From Octopus bimaculoides (taxonomy: Eukaryota), in assembly GCF_001194135.2 (NCBI RefSeq), contig NC_068986.1, positions 74,497,493-74,561,492 on the forward strand: a DNA stretch of 64,000 bases. Reading direction: 5' to 3'. The translations under genes and the position numbers were made by a program. Below are positions 62,177 to 64,000 of the stretch, one piece after another; positions within the stretch are counted from its first letter, which is position 1; each line of letters starts with the position of its first letter. The notes beneath the pieces were generated by a model. It ran no database searches. It was not told where the DNA came from and saw only the letters and a program-made list of their open reading frames with translations.

Positions 62177-63318
62177 TTCCACTAATGTTTCTCCTATACT
62201 TAGACCACAGAAAAGGCCACTGAAATTGTAGACGATACACAGTCCTTATCGCTACTGACAATATACTGACTGCCAGCAAACTTAGCAGCTCTGATGCAGG
62301 AATGGTGCTAATGGTTCTTTGGATTTCTCTTCAACTATCATCTTCCTTTCTCACTGATTTCCCATTCACTTTAAGAAGATTGTAATTCCTTATAAGCTCT
62401 GCTTTTGTTATGTCGATAAATAAGCATCAAGTACAAAGTTTAAAGAGGTGAGAATTGTATCTTTCAACTCCAGTGTTCAAACACGGACAATCATATATTG
62501 CTATCAGTAGAGTAACTGATCCAAAAGTCGGAGAATATTTGCAGATCAAAAAGAACGCAACCACACAGCCAGGAAGAGACATCATAAGGATGAAAACAGA
62601 AGCTTGACTAGGAATACTGTTTATGGAGAAGTCATCTAACTATTAATATTATATAATATGTATAATGAGCTTTCAGAATATGAAATGAAATCCTTTAAAA
62701 ATAATCGCTTTTATTTAAACAATCACCAAATAAAGCTATGGTGAAATTCGTTCCATCAGAGACCATCTTGTCTTTTTTGTTGTTTAGTATGATGGTGACT
62801 ATCATCAAGTAGACCTAAAATCAATAGCGTTCTAGAAATGAACATCCCGTTTTTTTCTGGCATAGTATACTAAAGTTTGCGCTATCAACAGTATAGTTGT
62901 ATGGTTAAGAAGTTTGCTTCCATTCGTAATGCCTCATAATATTGGATGGATTGTATCTGTAATTCAAATAACTAATCTTGTCGCACATTGTCTCACTGGT
63001 TCTCGAAAATTTATGTTAAGGTTACATGTGTTTGTGAAATAAACATTCCGTTCTTAAGTCTAGCATTGTCACACAATATATTATATTAATTCTGACTGAG
63101 GAATATGTTAAAGGTTCAACAGTACTTGGTATACTCAGTCATTTATGTTATAATTCCAATAGATAACTTCGGCCGAATTACTGGAATATTCACCTTTGGA
63201 ACTAACGGAGATCTTTTTACATTTTTTAAAAAAATCTAAAATGTATTTTCTGTTTTGAGACAGAAGGATGTGATTTAAAGGTGATTTGGTTGCTATTTCT
63301 TTTAAGCCGAGCGATAAC

Positions 63319-63460
63319 TAGGCATGGATGACCATTTCAAGAGGCGGCTGCATGAGCCATGATTCATCATCAAGCGAGCCGCACTACTAAAATAATTCAA
63401 GGTAATTTTTCGCTAGGAGTGTCATAGGAGAGTCTCGCGGGCCACAGTTTACCCATGATT
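63319..63460. mobile_element. Possible hAT-type MITE remnant
   Basis: Weakly complementary ends taggcatggatgacc / agtttacccatgatt, with internal cgcgggcc and gagccgc motifs. Confidence 0.25.
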
Positions 63461-64000
63461 TATATAGACACTTCTTTGGTACGACATACAAATTATAACA
63501 TATTTAACTGCAACGGTAAGGAAATGTCGTGACTTCCATGCAATTTTCAAAATGACTCAAGTCAATGCTTGAAGCTAACTGTACTAGTATAATATGTCTT
63601 GTCCACTATCAAACGACATCTGAAGTAAATGAGAAATCCTACACAATGCATTAAGTCTCTCTCACTGTTATCACACTTATTGTATCTTGACATTCTCATC
63701 AAATGCTTTTACTAATTAAATCCATGTTGGAAGGAGTCAAGCCGTAGCTGTCTCATCTGAATTTATCACTACTATAAAAGCAAGTAGACAGATGCGTTAT
63801 GCTTACGAACGTACTGAACTCCATTTGAGAATTGGGCTAGTAGCGGCATTGTTAAAGCTTCTTCCAATAACAAGCGAAGCCAATTAAAGTATTTGGCTGG
63901 TGTTTGTTTAATTGTTCAATATTGTACTACAATCTATTACAGTATCATTCGAGATGACACGACTGTTAGACTTGAACCGAACACAGTATTGGTTTATTGC

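Larger units (their letters stand above)
59600..62560 (+). mobile_element. Decayed Helitron RepHel pseudogene with SINE insertions
   Basis: CGSMYVR/CYQCSALVFMEE (Zn-finger-like, about 60030-60090); VLPNSFTSSLKYM..QDTVAIVRK and FVTFTC...PDITT*VFKLK (Rep, 61150-61380); VQFVYPD..RAIL...VDQLNKDIL (61650-61800); FVMSINKHQVQSLKR..PVFKHGQSYIAISRVT (helicase motifs, 62400-62517). Confidence 0.85.

Noticed and set aside
62785-62835. Helitron 3' terminus (atgatggtgactatcat hairpin, CTAG)
   Set aside because: The hairpin is AT-rich and too far from the CTAG; not convincing.

Overview
AT-rich, microsatellite- and transposon-dense eukaryotic DNA from a draft assembly with 13 N-gaps. The SINE/LINE families look cephalopod (Octopus-like); this is inferred from repeat content, not from a database match. 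The only host gene I can support is the 3' end of a PLEKHH1/2 (MAX-1-like, MyTH4-FERM) gene on the + strand: a 153-nt penultimate exon at 20005-20157 and a terminal coding exon at 21354-21437. On that reading, bases 1-20004 are intronic and the 3' UTR follows 21437. The rest is repeats: at least four tRNA-derived SINE families with interchangeable 3' tails, LINE remnants (RTE, L1/Tx1, R4/Dong-like, HERO-like, CR1-like), Penelope-like ends with hammerhead-like motifs, Tc1/mariner/maT remnants, MITE-like foldbacks and a decayed Helitron. The most interesting candidates are (i) a head-to-tail array of short ORF1-only L1/Tx1-like retroelements at 35.5-37.9 kb whose 3' end is shared with a SINE subfamily, (ii) a SINE carrying an inverted copy of its own 3' end, (iii) hammerhead-like motifs, and (iv) a sharp CpG-depletion boundary near the end of the gene. 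Family names come from recalled protein motifs and were not checked by any search. Coordinates of decayed repeats are approximate, to within tens of bp.
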